A DNA stretch of 64,000 bases from Octopus sinensis (Eukaryota). Position numbers and translations under genes: made by a program. The stretch covers positions 74,958,001 through 75,022,000 of the forward strand of contig NC_042998.1 of assembly GCF_006345805.1 (NCBI RefSeq), given 5' to 3'. Positions within the stretch are counted from its first letter, which is position 1, and each line of letters opens with the position of its first letter. Below, piece by piece: positions 51,658 to 64,000 of the stretch. Below the pieces are notes generated by a model. That model ran no database searches. It saw nothing but the letters and a program-made list of their open reading frames with translations, and had not been told where the DNA came from.

Positions 51658-52487
51658 TGTCATCATCATTATTGTGGCGTCAGCAACACTTCTCATCGAG
51701 GCGCTCGTAAAACTGTTCGTCTGCTAATATGTGCAAAAGTTAACTGTTGAAATTTTAATATATGATATTTGTTTAACCAACCACAACTCAGAATATGCTC
51801 GGTAAGCTCTTTGTTTCTTCTCATCCTTTGAAACACAAATTTGTTGGGAAATCTCTTTTTATTTTGTTTATAAACACATTTTTTTCACAAACACGCCGTC
51901 GGGATCCACATTCAGCAAACTGAATGTAGAAGTAGGAGGTGAACTGCAAACGTGGATACAGAGCACCACGTGGAAGGGGGGACAATAGGAGACGGATTTT
52001 TAGATGTTGAAAGTTCAAAGTTCAAGTAAATGTATCATTGTTGGAGCTGCAAATTAAAATACTGATAACAACAACAACAACAGCAACATTAACGAAAGTA
52101 ATAGTATTAAAAGTAGCAAATAGTAGGGAGCAAGGCATGATGTTCATAGAAAAGGAGGAGGTATTTTTTAGTACTGAATGTTCAAAGTTCGGAAAATGCA
52201 CCACTGCTATAATGACAAAGGACAGTAGCAGCAAAATAAATGACAGTATGAAAACAGCATCATTAAGGAAATGCAGCAACAATGAAAGCAACAGTGGTAG
52301 TTGCAATAGCAACGACAAATAATGGAAAGGTGTAGTAGCAGAGGCTGCATTAGCAACGACAACAGTAGCTGCAGCAGCAAAGGCAACAGCACACCTACAG
52401 CAATAGCAACAGCAATTTCAACATCAGCAACGATAACAGCGACAAAAGCAACAGCACCACCACCTAAAACATTAACAGCAACAACAG

Positions 52488-52854
52488 TGGAAGCGCAATG
52501 GCCCAATGGTTAGAGTAGCGGACTCGTGGTCAGAGGATCGCGGTTTCGATTCCCAGACCGGTCGTTGTGTGTGTTTATTGGGAGAAAACACCTAATGCTC
52601 CACGAGACTCCGGCAGGGGGGGCGTCCCCTGTTGTACTCTTTTGCTCCAAATTTCTCTCACTCTTACTTCCTGTTTCTTGTCCCCCGACTTCCTACGCAA
52701 CCGCTGAGACTGGATGCGCATTCACCCATCCGTCGATGCTCTCGGTGTCGGGGGTTGACCTGCTATCTCTTCTGCGGCTCTTACGAATAGCAAAAGACCA
52801 CGTTTTGGACTTCTCCCATCTTGCGAAATCTGGGACGAAGACCGTTCGCCCAAG
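52488..52854 (+). mobile_element. tRNA-head SINE family C with 11-bp TSD
   Basis: TGGCCCAATGGTTAG A-box, GGTTTCGATTCCC B-box; AGCAACAACAG at 52477-52487 and 52855-52865. Confidence 0.75.
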
Positions 52855-53879
52855 AGCAACAACAGCAAGACTTGCTTTACTGAGGTATTCGACACACGAA
52901 AACAGTAGTCTCTCATTTGAATATTAGAGCGCGAAATTAGAAGACACCGCTGAATTTTCGAAAATTAAGGGGAGAAGAACAAAGCTTGTGAACCCCTCAT
53001 GAAACTGTAACTTTTTATATATTGTTGCATGAGACTGACAAGTCGTCACCTGGAGATGACCCCCGAAGACACACGTATAAATTGTTCTATGTGATGTATA
53101 GCAATGTATCAAATATTTATCGAGGAAAAGCCAGCTTAATAGGGTCGAGGTCCTATATAAAACTGAGGCCCTTCCAGTACAACATTGAGTGGTCACCTGC
53201 TAGTGGGAGGATTTGGCACTCTGCCTTATTGAGGAAGAAGAGCGGTAAATAGATCCAGGGTCCCAGCAGAGCTACAATTTTCTGAATATTGTTTTGCATA
53301 TTGTTGGGAGAAAAGCCCAACAATATTGGATGCAAAGAAAATGAGGCAGGATAACTAGTTTGGGACAACGCTGGAGGTCTTTTTCCATGTAAAGTATGGA
53401 CATATGGAAAGATCACAGATATCATCTATCTGCCGAATAGGCCGAAATTTAGAATAACTGTGGAGCGTAAACAATCCAGATGCCACCTCTAATGAATATT
53501 TGATCATTTAGAGTCTTATTTCCACGCAACCCAAACAGGAAATAGGAAAAGTTGTTCACTCTGTTCCGGCTTAATCGCTGCGAGAGCAATACAAATAGTC
53601 TGTAACAGCAAAAGCGGTAACAATAGAAGCAGCAAGGGAAACAAGGAGCTATATTAGCAGCATCTACATAAACACCACCCATAGCAACAACAGCTACAAT
53701 CACAGTAGAAACTATAGAAATAGCAACAGTAGGAGCACCAGTAGCATTACTACGAAATATGTCTGCAGCAGCAACTGAAGTGGTGAGAAATAAAGACTTT
53801 CACAAAATAATTGCCAACAAGGGGAGATTACAAATCAACACTTTCTCTTCTCCTGCTCGTATTCTTCCACCTACTACAA

Positions 53880-54240
53880 GCACAAACAGAGACATACACA
53901 TACATGTAGGGAAATACCCTTATCCCTGTCTAAGTCATATGAGCCTTCCGTAGGAAGAGGAACAAGGAGAAAATAAATCGCATAGAAAAAATGCAGAAAA
54001 TACCACCAACTCCACAACAGGGCAAGTAGATCCAAGGATTGCCTAATAACACACTTTTACCTCAAGTCAGTCACCGATGACTGGGAAGTCAACGAATTCC
54101 TTCCAGGAATACTATCGAACGGGAGATGAGCAAGAATGGGAGTAGGGAGTGGAAAAGGGCAAACATTCCCCAACACACAAAATAGAAAAATAAACCTAAA
54201 ATGAAAAGAAACAGAAAATCCAAGATTGAGTATGCTCACC
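53880..54240 (+). mobile_element. Possible highly decayed PLE GIY-YIG C-terminus
   Basis: HVGK, SPMT..VNE and SREWKRANIP fragments in PLE-like order; weak. Confidence 0.3.
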
Positions 54241-54934
54241 ACCACCATGTTTTTGCTGCTCTATGTATAGCAATTGAAGAACTGAGGGATGAAAAGTCCG
54301 AAAGAACGTTTGGAAAAAGTGCCGGTACAGATGAGATGAAGTCTGAATTTATGTCGATGAAGGACTAACTATAGAAAATATCTCTCTTAGATTCGATAAA
54401 ATAAATCTCCCTTCTCCACATAATTACTCGGAGTGCTAGAAACAATCAACATCATCATCATCAACATCATCATCATCATCCTCATCATCATCATCATCAT
54501 TATTTCTATTTTTATTCTTTCAATTTTGCTTCCATTTCTTGTCAAGTGTCTCTCCGACACCTAGAGCAAAGAAACTCACTGTAAACATTGTTAGGCCATT
54601 CAAATAAACACACCAGATTGTTCATTCACAACGTCAAGTTATATGATAGAAAGAAAGGATGAATAAAGGAAAAAGAAAAGAAAAAAGGGGAAAAAGAAAA
54701 AAAAGAATACAAAGAAATTAAATGAGAAAACAGAAAGAAAATTCACAACAACAATGTTCTACTCAATGTGTGACAGAGTGGGAAGAGTTAAAACAATCTT
54801 TTGTATTTCTTGCATGGAGGGTAAGGTAGGGATCATTTTCAAATAATAGTCAGTTCCTTTTTTGATCATTCCAAGTGCTTCTACAATCATTGGCATTGTA
54901 ACCGTCTTCAGACGTCAGAATCGTAACCGCACCG

Positions 54935-55310
54935 GATAAGCTGCTTAGCGGCATTTCATCCGTCTTTAAGTTATGAGTTCAAATCCCTCCGACGCCGACT
55001 TTGCCTTCCATATTTTCAGCGTTTATAAAATAAATATCAGTTGAACAATAGGATAGATGTCGACTCTCCCATTTCCTCAAAATTGCCCGGTTTGTTCCAA
55101 AAATTAGAATGAATTACAAGGCCTCGATCTGCTAGAATGATTACCATACCGGAAAAAATGCTTTGTGGCATTTCTTCCGACTTTACATTCTATATTCAAA
55201 TTCCGCTTATCCTTTCTTTGTCTTTTATCTTTCTAGGATCGATAAAATAATCACTATGTAACCGACTTGCTCCTCACCCGAAATTACTTGCCTCCTGTCA
55301 AATTTTGAAA
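54935..55310 (+). mobile_element. Two old diverged SINE family B copies
   Basis: GCTTAGCGGCATTTC..GAGTTCAAATCCC and TATTCAAATTCCGC..GGATCGATAAAATAA blocks. Confidence 0.55.
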
Positions 55311-57359
55311 CCATTATCTTTAATATCATTAGCTGGAAAGTCTACTCTCTACAAGAAAAATCTTGTCCTGCAATCTAGTAACCTTTTACTTCCTGTAAAA
55401 TAAGCGAACAATATTTTGAAACGTACTTGTATCTATGAAAAAAGTATATTTCATTTTGTAAACGCTTATTGTTCCTGCTACTGGTAAATGACCTTGGGAT
55501 TGTCATACTAGACGTGTCAACAATAACAAAAGACAGATAAAAATAAGTGTTTAAGCTTGACCTTTGATTTGAAATTTGAGATTATGTTAATGACAATGGC
55601 AGTTGAAACGGCAAATATATTTGTTTTTTATTAATAACATAGTGTAATGCGAGATGGTCGTGGTAAAATAATTATTTTCTGTCTCTTTCTTCTTGCAGGG
55701 TAAGCAGACATTTTTTGTGAAGATTATTTTGCAGTTTTTACTTCATGCCAATTGCTCTGTTAAAATTTCTTTTTACTTCATAACCAACCCTCTGGATTGA
55801 TAACGTTACGTTTAAATACCCAGATTCTTCTCTCATATAAGGTTTCAGCAAATATATTCGTGGTTCACTACTGTGTATAAGGCAAGCAATTGTGTAAGTA
55901 TACAAGTTTCTTCTGAAGAAGCAGGTTTGCAACACAATTCAGACTTCCCTGTTTAGTGAAATATACCATACGGGATTTGTGGCAGGATAATTTTGTGACA
56001 GTAAAATACAAAATGTATTTTATAATTTTAATTTTACGCTTGACTATACACATCTGTAGTCTGGTAGTCTGATAGTATCAAAGAATTCATTCCTATATGA
56101 ATAAAACAACCGTGCGAAGGTAATAATAGTTTAGACAATAAAACATGAGACGAACTATCCAAACTTTAATTAAGAGTATTAAGTGTTAATATAAATTTGT
56201 ATGTAGATAATGGATAATATCGAATAGAAAGAAATTTGGTAGGAATATTGTCTTAGATGAAGATTAGTTCTTTAATTATTTTCAAAATTCAATTTAAATC
56301 TATAAATCTCTTACTGCTAACAGTGTAGGCTCTTATTCTAATATTACTCTACAGTAATTTGCATAATTATTTCAGAAATTCTTATCATTAACCAGTGACT
56401 TGGGTGATAATTAAACTTAGGTTGTCTATAAAATATTCACAAACATATTTCACAATATACAAGAGATTAAATTTAGTTCACTTGGACTGATTAATTATAT
56501 TGTTCGAGTGAAGTAATTCAACGATGTGCATGTTCAATCTTAACTAGACGCCCTTGAGGTCATGAGCTTGCTGTCAGCATAGTTTAATATAGAAACACTT
56601 TGCGCAATTAAAATTTTCAAAATGAATTACACTGAAAATGGCAACTTTGTTTCTGAGGTAAACTGATCAATTATCTGTTGTCACCTTACGTACTCTTAGC
56701 ATTGTTTGATAATATGCAAAACAATGTAGAATTTTCCATTACATTATATTACCCTGTCAGTAACAATCATGAAGAAGTTCACGAACATTGTACACGTTAT
56801 ATTAATTTCTTGTAAACACTGAAATGACTACAGAAAACAGACTGTTAAGTGAAAAATTAAACACGATTCTTTTCATTAGAAAAGTTAATGTATGTCATTA
56901 TCAGCATAGTACAAATAAATGAGACAGAAAGAGGTGATGGTGTGAAAGTTAACCTTTGTCTTATATCAATAATTACATAAATCTAATAGACGCAGTAGAG
57001 GTTCAAAAGTTCATCTTCAAGTGGTGCATATTACAAAAACAGGCCTAGAAATAGCAGCCACTTAATATACAACACAACGAAACGTGATGATTAAAGTGAG
57101 TTGCACCGGAAGATCGGCTACTAAATTGTTTTTACTATGAGCATAGTACAATACAAACGTTATGATGTGAGCTGAACTCTACTGTTCATATGATAATACC
57201 TATATACTAATTGATTCTCACTAATTAGTGTTATGGTTTAATCTAGTCGAAGCTTCTCTGACACTGATGAGAATAATTTGCTTCCATTTAAATATTTGCA
57301 TTAATAATTTTGCAGTAGTTGTTGATTTATTTCTGGTGTTTGGAAGTAGATTGCAATGA

Positions 57360-57700
57360 TATTTCTTCCCTCCAGATAACATTATAGTTTGTTTGCTGTA
57401 TGCGTTGGGATTCCTTGTTTGCATTCAACAACAGGTGATGGTTTGTATACAATCAGAAACCTCTTCAATGGAATAACCTATGGAATTTCTTGACACCAAA
57501 TATGATTGCCAACGCCTCCTTTTCAATCTGACTGTAACTTTTTCCGCTGGAAATAGTGGCTTTGACGCATGGGCTACTGCCTTTCTACTGCCATCGTCAC
57601 ACTTGTATAGGAGCACGATTCCTACGCCGTACTCAATAGCATCTGTAGCGAGTATCGTTTCTAACTTTAGATCGAAATGACATACTATTATTCTTTTACC
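57360..57700 (-). mobile_element. Ty3/Gypsy RT-RNase H fragment
   Basis: CHFDLKLETILATDAIEYGVGIVL..SRKAVAHASKPLFPAEK, followed after frameshifts by KQGIPTHTANKL. Confidence 0.8.
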
Positions 57701-57729
57701 TTTTCTCTGGCGTTTTATTATGTTCATTC

Positions 57730-57999
57730 TATGTTGTCATATATAACCGTAGTCGTCGATAGACTGTCTCCATACGACGGGGGGTCGTACAGTGTTATTA
57801 CCCACAAAGGATTGGATTATTTTAACACCCATTTGGTATCATAGTATAATTACTATATCAGTACAGACACGACTATTAACACAGTCTACAGGCATTCTGT
57901 CGATACCGACCGACATCACCTTACTTATAGTAACTGACTCATTCCACTCGTCACGTGGGAAGGGTTACCATTATTACTAATCGCCTACAACACTACTAC
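57730..57999 (-). mobile_element. Possible LTR adjacent to the Gypsy fragment
   Basis: Minus strand runs TGTAGTAG...GACAACA (TG..CA ends), GC-richer than its flanks; no PBS or second LTR seen. Confidence 0.3.
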
Positions 58000-58973
58000 A
58001 TAAAAACTTTAATCACAAATAGAATCATAAAGTTATCACATTCTGTAAGTCTTAAAATTTGGTTCATAACAAACTGGGGAGGCAACGATACACGAGCACA
58101 ATGCATCTAAAGACGAGGATAACGAATTGAATATAATTTAACTGTACAACCATTTCAATTTTTTTCAATACTTTTTTGCAGAATGAAGAGTGTGTTTCAG
58201 CTAAAACATTGGTACTTTACATCTAAATCTTGAAGGAAAAATAATTCTATATTTTTGATTAATAAATTATACCTACCTTGGAGATTTGTTGAAATATCTT
58301 ACATTGTGCTTGTAGGAAGTATGATGAATGAACATTCTGGTAATTATTAATCAATATTTGTTACATATATAATCATTCTAAAGCTGAATAACGATCAATC
58401 ATCCAAATAAACAAACTAAATATAATCAACTATATTAAATTAATTTAATGTTTGTTTGTTTTTATCGTAAATGAACTGATAACACAATGTTTACAAAAGG
58501 AAAATAGTTTTTACCATGGCTTGTGTTGTAAAGAAAATATTGCATCTGGTTCATTTCAGATAATCTACTAACTCACCAGGGAATCACATAGCCAACATAT
58601 TTAATGTTTTGAAGCGATTAATAATAAAGCTATTAATTACAAAGGGTTCTGTTAATTTACATTTGTATTAATTTATTGGTATTATCAGCTAGTTCGGTCA
58701 CCATCACTTAATCTTGAATATGATATCGGTATGTGACAATTTGAGCAACTGCTTTTTATTATAAACCCAGAGTTGAGAATGCATTATGAAAGAAACGGGT
58801 GATCTATTCTATGTGCAGACTTGGAATGCGAGGAAACGCTGCTCAGTTCTGGATGATTTAATTTCACTAATCTTTGTAGGCCTTCTTTTGTAGACTCTTA
58901 CAGCGCACCAATGAATAGATTACATGGAAATTGTATAAGTATATACCAATATTTAAATAACTATCAATTATAA

Positions 58974-59416
58974 TATTTCTTTACTGCCTAAAAGGGGCTA
59001 CACACAGAGGGGACAAACAAGGACAGACAAACGGATTAAGTCGATTATATCAATCCCAGTGCGTAACTTGTACTTATTTAATCGACCCCGAAAGGGTGAA
59101 AGGCAATGTCGACCACGGTGGAATTTGAACTCAGAACGTAGCGGCAGACGAAATACCGCTAAGCATTTCGCCAGGTGTGCTAACGTTTCTGCCAGCCCAC
59201 CGCCTAACGTAAAGACGGACGAAATACCTATTTCTTTACTACCCACAGGGGGCTAAACACAGAGGGGACAAACAAGGACAGACAAACGGATTAACTCGAT
59301 TACATCGACCTCAGTGCGTGACTGGTACTTAAGTTATCGACCCCAAAAGGATGAAAGGCAAAGTCGACCTCGGCGGAATTTGAACTCAGAACGTAGCGGC
59401 AGACGAAATACGGCTT
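58974..59416 (-). mobile_element. Composite SINE family B (5'-truncated unit, 23-bp stub, full unit)
   Basis: Two copies of central block and tail; junction GAAATACCTATTTC at 59221-59234. Confidence 0.9.
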
Positions 59417-62400
59417 CAGCAGCAAACAAATGGTCACACATAATTTAAAAGCTTGAAATTTGGCTCATAAACAATGAAGGAATATCTCGGAAACCGTTTT
59501 ATTTAAGTATAGAAATAGGAAAGTAATAAAACCACTTAACAATATCACGCTAGAGAAAAATACGTCATTAAATATTTTGTTTTTAACTATCCCTGATTTT
59601 GAAATAAATATTTTAAAATGGCGCGTTTACTGTAAACGATAACGAAGACGTTAAGACCTGCTCAGAATGTAGATTGTGGCACGGATATAGAGGAAGAAAT
59701 AATCAAATCATGTACGAGATTGTTTACAGCTATAAAATAGATGCTTCTAAAGATTGCTTATCTGTGGTTACAAATATCTAATAAGTATTATCTCTTTACT
59801 TTAAATTTTAGCCTGGATGACTATACGTCATGAATCTGTGTTAGAAAAGATCAAGATTCGATTAACTTGTTGAGCAGTTACTTTAAGAAAAGTTTACTAT
59901 CTATGTTTCGACTATATACAATGTACAGAATGTATCTTACTGTTTTCATCCAGCACGTATAAAAATACAAACATGGTGAAAGTTGTTGAGTTATATTCAG
60001 CATTTAACAGAAAATGCAGATCAACATCTCGGAAAACGCGGGTGAGGAAGAAATTGTAGACTTCTACATCCATGTAAAGGAATTTTGACCTAATGCCTTA
60101 GTACTGTACCTGGGGTAAGTTCTGTATGTAAATGAAATGTGAGGTAGGATTTACAACATATTGATGAGTTTGAAGCTTTGACATTTAGCTAAATGGCTTT
60201 TACATGGGTGAGGCTTATGATACCTTTTGTAGATAATTGCAGTACTAGACTAAATTTGTAGGAAGGTCTCCAGTGAAGTACAGGAATACGATATAAATGA
60301 TATTTATTGAAATTCATGTTTTATATATGGAGAAACAACATTTTCTAGAATAATAAAATATGTTTTAATATCGATTGATTGGAACGCTCACAAAACATCA
60401 AACCTCGCAAGCCTGTGACGGGAATAACTTCGCCTCGATATTAATTTATTTTTGGAATCTATTCATATTATTTATTTATTTACAAGGTCTGAAAATTTCT
60501 TGTAAACAAGGTATTGTAATGTGGTCCACATACAAATATAAAATAGAAAAAAATCACATACAAACAGTTATAAAGTAATTAAGTAATCGCTTGCGTGTTT
60601 ACAAATTAAATGTTCTAAACACTACACATTCTTATCTAATGATCTAAACAGCTTGATCAGTTGCTTGATTTAATGCACGCGAAATTGTTTTAAAATTATC
60701 TGATCAATTGTGCAATTTCGCAACAGACGAAAGTAATGAAAGAGTTTTCACAGAAATGAAACAGGGAAATGTGTGATACGTTAACTGCTATCCATTCTGG
60801 AAATGAATGTTTTCAACGGATATCATGCTATTCCTATATTTGATCAATTGGGACTGAAATGCGGTGATGCATCTGTCATCTGTATCCTGAATTCACTTTT
60901 GTGAAGGGAAAAGTTTACAGCTAGCTTAGATTCTGTCACACTATATTGAAATAACAAAAGTTTTTAAATGAAAAAAAAAAAGAATGTGACATATTCGTGT
61001 GAAGGCAATATTTAAACCAACTTATTTGATTTATTAATTCTTCTAGTAAGAACATTTCTGTCGATGACTTGGGAAGATAGTTGGTGTGTTTTGAATTAAG
61101 TACGTTGGTTGGTGGGTTTCATTGTTTAGGTTATTAAACTGAATTATTGCCGCTGTTAATATTTTTGAGAAATTCATGAGCAGAGAAGACACTTATTGAA
61201 TAGAGAGATCACTATAAAGACTAACAACTGTGTTAGAAAGTTAGCCTCCACTCCGCCATTTAATCTACTGACATTAGAAGCTAAGTTACTCTGAAATCAC
61301 AATATCTTAAAAAGATAGGTTAAATCAAATCACATATTCAGATAATGACTGAAACAGATTTGATCACAAGTCTGCTTGGTATCGACCGAGCCGGTTCTGA
61401 ACAACAACGACAATTTTAATAGATAAAGACTGTGTTAAATGAGAAAGAAATTTAAATGATAGACTATTGTTGTAGCGTAAAACAGAGGAGTATTTATTAT
61501 TGCAAAAAATGGGGAAGTATTTATTGTACCCTGAAATAAGCACAAGTTTATTGTAGCCTAAATGGGGCATACATTACAGTAGCCTCAAATTAGGGTAGGT
61601 ATCATTTTGTAGACCAAAGAGAGGGAGAGAGATAGAGAGAGAGCGTTTATTTTGTAAAATTTAAGGGAGTGTATATTTATGTAGGCTTAAATTTTGAGTA
61701 TTTATTGTAGTAGAGTGAAAGGTGAGTGTAGAATGTCACCCGAAATAAATATGTTAGATGAATTACATTGGTTACGTCACGTAGAAGAGCAGATGTGGCA
61801 GTGTAATAAATAAGTTCTCTTTAGAATTATGTGGTTTTGCGTGGCACCTTAGTTAAAATATATTCTAAAATTACCTCAAGTCACTCAAAGACCTTCGTGT
61901 AACATTTTGCGGGTTAAGTCTCCGAGAACGCTTACAGGTAGGACTGTATGGTTTTGGTGGTAGAATTAACCCATAGCATGGTTTTATAATATCACGTGAC
62001 CGTAGGTTATGGTTCATTCTTCTACTAGCATTGAATTCATGCCGCCAATGTGAGGATATCTATCCCACTGGTTTCAGAATCCAAAGTCTCTGAAATGAAG
62101 GTCGTTACTTTTCTGCATCTTGTTATAACGGTAAAAAGTTCACGCAAAAATATACAATACACAAAAAAGATATAATTAGAAAACTAGTAAGACAGTTGAT
62201 CATGGGATATCTGTCCAATAACTACTGAGATTTATAGTCTGTGATTGAAGACTGGATCCTTTCAGCTATTGTAGCAAATATCAGCATGGTAGTGTATTTT
62301 GTTGAAAGTTCTAGCGAAAAGATCATTAATGCAATTGATAAGACATCCAATATCCTCAGATGAAGTCTCGCAATGTAAATGCTAAAGAGTAATATACTTA

Positions 62401-64000
62401 GACAGATAAGGATATAACACGGATATAGATTCAAGAGATTGGTTTCGCGGCTAACACAGTAAACCATCAACAGACTGTTCAGGAAAGTGACAAAATTAAT
62501 TTAACCAAACGTAAAAAAAAATATAAACAACAAAACATAATGTTTGAAGGTATATAAAGTTTTCGTAACAAGAGATAGGTTTCTGCAGCAACAGCAGTCC
62601 ACAAAATATCCAGATTTATATTACAACATTAGCATCCAACGGCTAAATGGAATGTTGACAATTCACTAGGATCAACAAATTCAAGCTATCACAAGTTCCC
62701 TCTGGACGGATATTAGGATCTACATACACTACTTGATTTCTGCACTTTGCCATCTACAGATGAATCAATTCCAGAACCTACTTTGAAATTATCTCAGTAA
62801 AATGAATACCAGCATTCGAGAACGAAACAAAAATCTTATATCGCTTCCACCCTTGATGAAGCAGCAATGTGCTTTATACTAACTGTCAGGGGAGACTTCA
62901 TGAATTTACAAATACGTGAGTGTAACTAGACGAAAAAAGAAAGCGTGTACGTTTCTGACCTTTCTAGTTCGTACATTGTCTAAATTTCAGGGAAAAATGT
63001 AGTGTTTCTATAATAGTTATGCATAATGTTAAGTAAATGTTAAATAAAGATTACGGTTACTTATTTGCATAAGTAAGTATTTTAATATAAATCTCTAACA
63101 TTCTACAAGTATTTGAATATATTGAGCAATAACCTTCCCATATTTCAAGAAAAGATTGAAGCGTAAGTATTGTTTTAATATTTGTAACACGATGTATAAT
63201 AACTATTGATTTGAGCAATTCAATTAATTTAAGGTTAAAAGAAATAATCGACTCCAAATCTTTAATATGCTTGTATAATTATTGTTATTAAATATTTTGT
63301 ACGAGTATATATATATTGAAGAAAATAGGATAGTCTTACTTATGTAGCATTTCATTATATTAGCAATGATTCATAAACTCTCTTGGATTATTCGATTTGG
63401 CATATTAAGTATAACCTAATGTAATTGTTTGATATGTTATTTCAATAATAGATTAGCTCCTTGCAGAAATTTTGTCCGAATTAGAGAATGTCAAAAGGTC
63501 AATAACTTCTATATACACTTCTGTAAACTGATTATGTCTGCATTTAACTCCTTGGAGATAACCTCAAGTCTTTATGGAAAATCAAGTGAATGTTGACCCC
63601 TGAAGGCATAATCCTTTGCTACATTTATATGTTCAATTTAAATTTCTCTCCAATTATATTTCGTGCTTACTTAAGGCCAAATCGAACAAATGGTCTGGTC
63701 TATAATAGGAATCCTGGCGAAATTGTCCGCAGGCTACGAAATCAGGTGTTGTTTTTCTTTTAATTTGAAATAATGCGATGTGAGTAAATGCTAAGTGTTC
63801 ACTATTGTAATTGCTTATTCGAATAGGGTGACTTTCCAATCAAAGTTTAAAAGAAGATATCGAAAACTAGCACATAATCTCTATTATTACGAAACTTTCA
63901 TTGTACAACGGTACAAAGAAAGATAATATAGAAATACTAGTGAATTTAACACAAACATAACTGAAATTTTCGCCGTGCATAAACGCATGCTCATCTGTCT

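Noticed and set aside
52022-52513. Thr/Ala/Ser-rich ORFs
   Set aside because: Degenerate CAA/CAG repeats, open on several frames and strands.
52488-52570. tRNA gene-like sequence (also SINE heads at 6690, 20704, 28910, 40932)
   Set aside because: A/B boxes are present but there is no closed acceptor stem and each continues into a SINE body.
53330-53410. PWWP-like LVWDNAGGLFPCKVW
   Set aside because: Too short, in-frame stop, no context.
54281-54312. CTGAG-GGAT GAAAA GTCC-GAAA motif
   Set aside because: The core lacks two nucleotides and there is no stem I; at best a dead remnant.
59975-60090. APE-like KVVELYSA..EEEIVDFY fragment or exon with GTAAGT donor
   Set aside because: Stops in all frames; similarity too weak to call.

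Overview
AT-rich eukaryotic non-genic or intronic DNA with very dense microsatellites. The repeat families look like those of octopus/coleoid cephalopods (inference from repeat content only). I found no confidently supported host protein-coding exon, tRNA/rRNA gene or CRISPR array, and almost all listed ORFs are simple-repeat artefacts or decayed transposon frames. The window is a mosaic of mobile-element relics: a near-complete mariner (1880-3101, TIRs, TA TSD, DD34D), other mariner/maT/Tigger remnants, RTE and R4/Dong-like (RLE) LINE fragments, a Helitron Rep remnant, a Ty3/Gypsy RNase H fragment, several tRNA-head SINE families (one with about a dozen pieces), MITE/foldback hairpins, and several Penelope-like elements (PLEs) with inverted pseudo-LTRs carrying minimal type I hammerhead ribozyme motifs. 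The most interesting locus is a 363-bp, TA-microsatellite-flanked, terminally redundant unit at 48402-48790. It contains a hammerhead with an apparently compensatory U3-A8 core pair inside a long rod-like stem, and is a candidate cephalopod retrozyme or PLE-derived circular-RNA element. All alignments and folds were done by eye and boundaries of decayed elements are approximate.
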